The position numbers and the translations under genes are program-made. From the human T2T-CHM13v2.0 reference genome, Homo sapiens: a DNA stretch of 64,000 nucleotides. Position 1 is the stretch's first letter. Each line of letters opens with the position of its first letter. Under the pieces are notes generated by a model. It worked only from the letters and a program-made list of their open reading frames with translations. It had not been told where the DNA came from and did no database searches. The DNA lies in assembly GCF_009914755.1 (NCBI RefSeq), contig NC_060931.1; one strand, written 5' to 3'. Of this stretch, positions 60,573 to 64,000 are shown piece after piece.

Positions 60573-60765
60573 AATTACTATTAAGCGTAAGTTATCATTT
60601 TCCAACCTGATAAAGGGCATCTACAGGCTAGGCACAGTGGCTCATGCCTGTGATCCCAGCACTTTAGGAGGCTGAGGGAGGAGGGCTGCTTGAGGCCGGG
60701 AGTTCAAGCCTAGCCTGGGCAACACAGCAAGACTCCATCTCTACAAAAAAAAAAAATTTTTTTTA

Positions 60766-61210
<445 letters not shown>

Positions 61211-61280
61211 TTTTGTGTGTGTTCAGACAAGGTCTCACTCTGTTGCCCAGGCTAGAGCACAGTGGCACAATCTCAGCTCA

Positions 61281-61604
<324 letters not shown>

Positions 61605-62184
61605 CTACATCAGTAAATACGGTAATAATAAATACGACCCTAGCAGCAGGCACTAAATCCTGCAGAAACAAAGAGGAGAACACAGCCCACCCTGCCAGGA
61701 TGAGTTGAAGGACATTTTCAAGGAAGAGCCTATCCTTAGCTGAGCCTTGAGAAAAAGAATTCTCCACCAGGCGCGGTGGTTCACGCCTGTAATCCCAGTA
61801 CTTTGGGAGGCCAAGGCAGGTGGATCACCTGAGGTCAGGAGTTCGAAACCAACCCGCGCAATATGGCGAGACCTCATCTCCACTAAAAACACAAAAATGA
61901 GCTGGGCGTGGTGGTGGGCGCCTGTAGTTCCAGCTACTCGGGAGGCTGAGGCAGGAGAATTGCTTGAACCCAGGAGGCGGAGGTTGCAGTAAGCCAAGAT
62001 TGCGCCACTGTCCTCCAGCCTGGGTGACAGAGAGACTATTTTTATCTGTCTCCAAAAAAATAAAAAAATAAAAAAAACGAAACAAGAATTATCTGGAATT
62101 CAGCCGTAGGAAGGTTTTTTCAGGTGTGCGTGAAAGAACACAGGCATGAAATATCCTGTCTGGCATGTGGCAGTATGTTTGTTA

Positions 62185-62361
<177 letters not shown>

Positions 62362-62400
62362 TTAGCTGGGTGGGTGTGGTGGTGGGTGCCTGTAATCTCA

Positions 62401-62589
<189 letters not shown>

Positions 62590-62628
62590 CTAATTTGAAT
62601 TACAACAGAAATACTATTTCTTTTTTTA

Positions 62629-62901
<273 letters not shown>

Positions 62902-63368
62902 TTAAATTGAAAGAAAAAGAGAAAAAGAGGCTGAGTGTGGTGGGAAAATCAAGTGGGAAGATCACTTGAGGCCAAGAGTTCAAGACCAGCCTAGGCAACA
63001 TAGTGAGACCCTGGTCTCTATACTTAAAAAATAAAATAAAAAGAAATCTTGGGCCGGGTGCAGTGGCTCATGCCTGTAATCCCAGCACTTTGGGAGCCGA
63101 GGCAGGTGGATCATCTGAGGTCAGGAGTTCGAGACCAGCCCGGCCAACATGGTGAAACCCCGTCTCTATTTAAAATACAAAAATTAGCCAGGCATGCCAG
63201 GCGCAGTGGCTCATGCCTGTAATCCCAGCACTTTGGGAGGCTGAGGTGGCTGGATCACGAGGTCAGGAGTTCAAGACCAGCCTGGCCAACATGGTGAAAC
63301 TCCATCTTTACTAAAAATACAAAACTTAGCCACACGCAGTGGCAGGAGCCTGTAATCCCAGCTACTCA

Positions 63369-63665
<297 letters not shown>

Positions 63666-64000
63666 TTATTTCTAAGCACATTGTTAGAATATTCTAACCA
63701 CTTTCAAACTGACCCACGATGATAAAACTGCAGTTTCAGGCCAATGATTCCCAGGGGAAATAAGGGAACTTTATACAATGGTGATCTAAGGGAACTTTAC
63801 ACAACGTTGTTGACTAGAGGAACACTCTGGAAGACAGCGAATGTGGATTCTTGCCTAAACTGGAAGTTTATAAAAATTTTCCATGAGGTGGCAGCAGTTC
63901 TTCAAGTAGTTGTGAAAAATGATCTTGTTTGAAATTTATATTTTCTTTTTTTTTTTTTTTTTTTTTTTAGAGACAAGGTCTCGCTGTGTCACCCAGGCTG

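Overview
Human/primate genomic DNA, extremely Alu-dense (roughly 120-140 Alu copies or fragments by eye). It contains the 3' end of GTF2IRD1 (TFII-I family transcription factor, Williams-Beuren region 7q11.23) on the + strand. Positions 1-28154 are the distal part of one long intron. Five coding exons follow (28155-28232, 29129-29321, 33316-33353, 39345-39481, 40666-40734); they splice in frame to give the last GTF2I-like (I-)repeat, a basic NLS, a 12-Ser tract and the C-terminus ...QLPGPLNY*. A short 3' UTR and about 23 kb of intergenic DNA with an orphan CpG island (~44.77-45.2 kb) complete the window. Nearly all ORFs in the supplied track are Alu or GC-rich artefacts. I found no evidence for a new multi-gene system. 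The best leads are: a frame-preserving 30-nt candidate cassette exon (18905-18934); a perfect 16-bp RFX palindrome next to a SOX site (7883-7935); an alternative C-terminus made by retaining the last intron; a tailless 5S rRNA retrocopy with a TSD inside an Alu; a MIR-derived 29-bp palindromic minisatellite; a 114-bp direct duplication; and a 30-bp inverted templated insertion. Repeat family names are from recognition by eye, not from RepeatMasker, and repeat boundaries are approximate.
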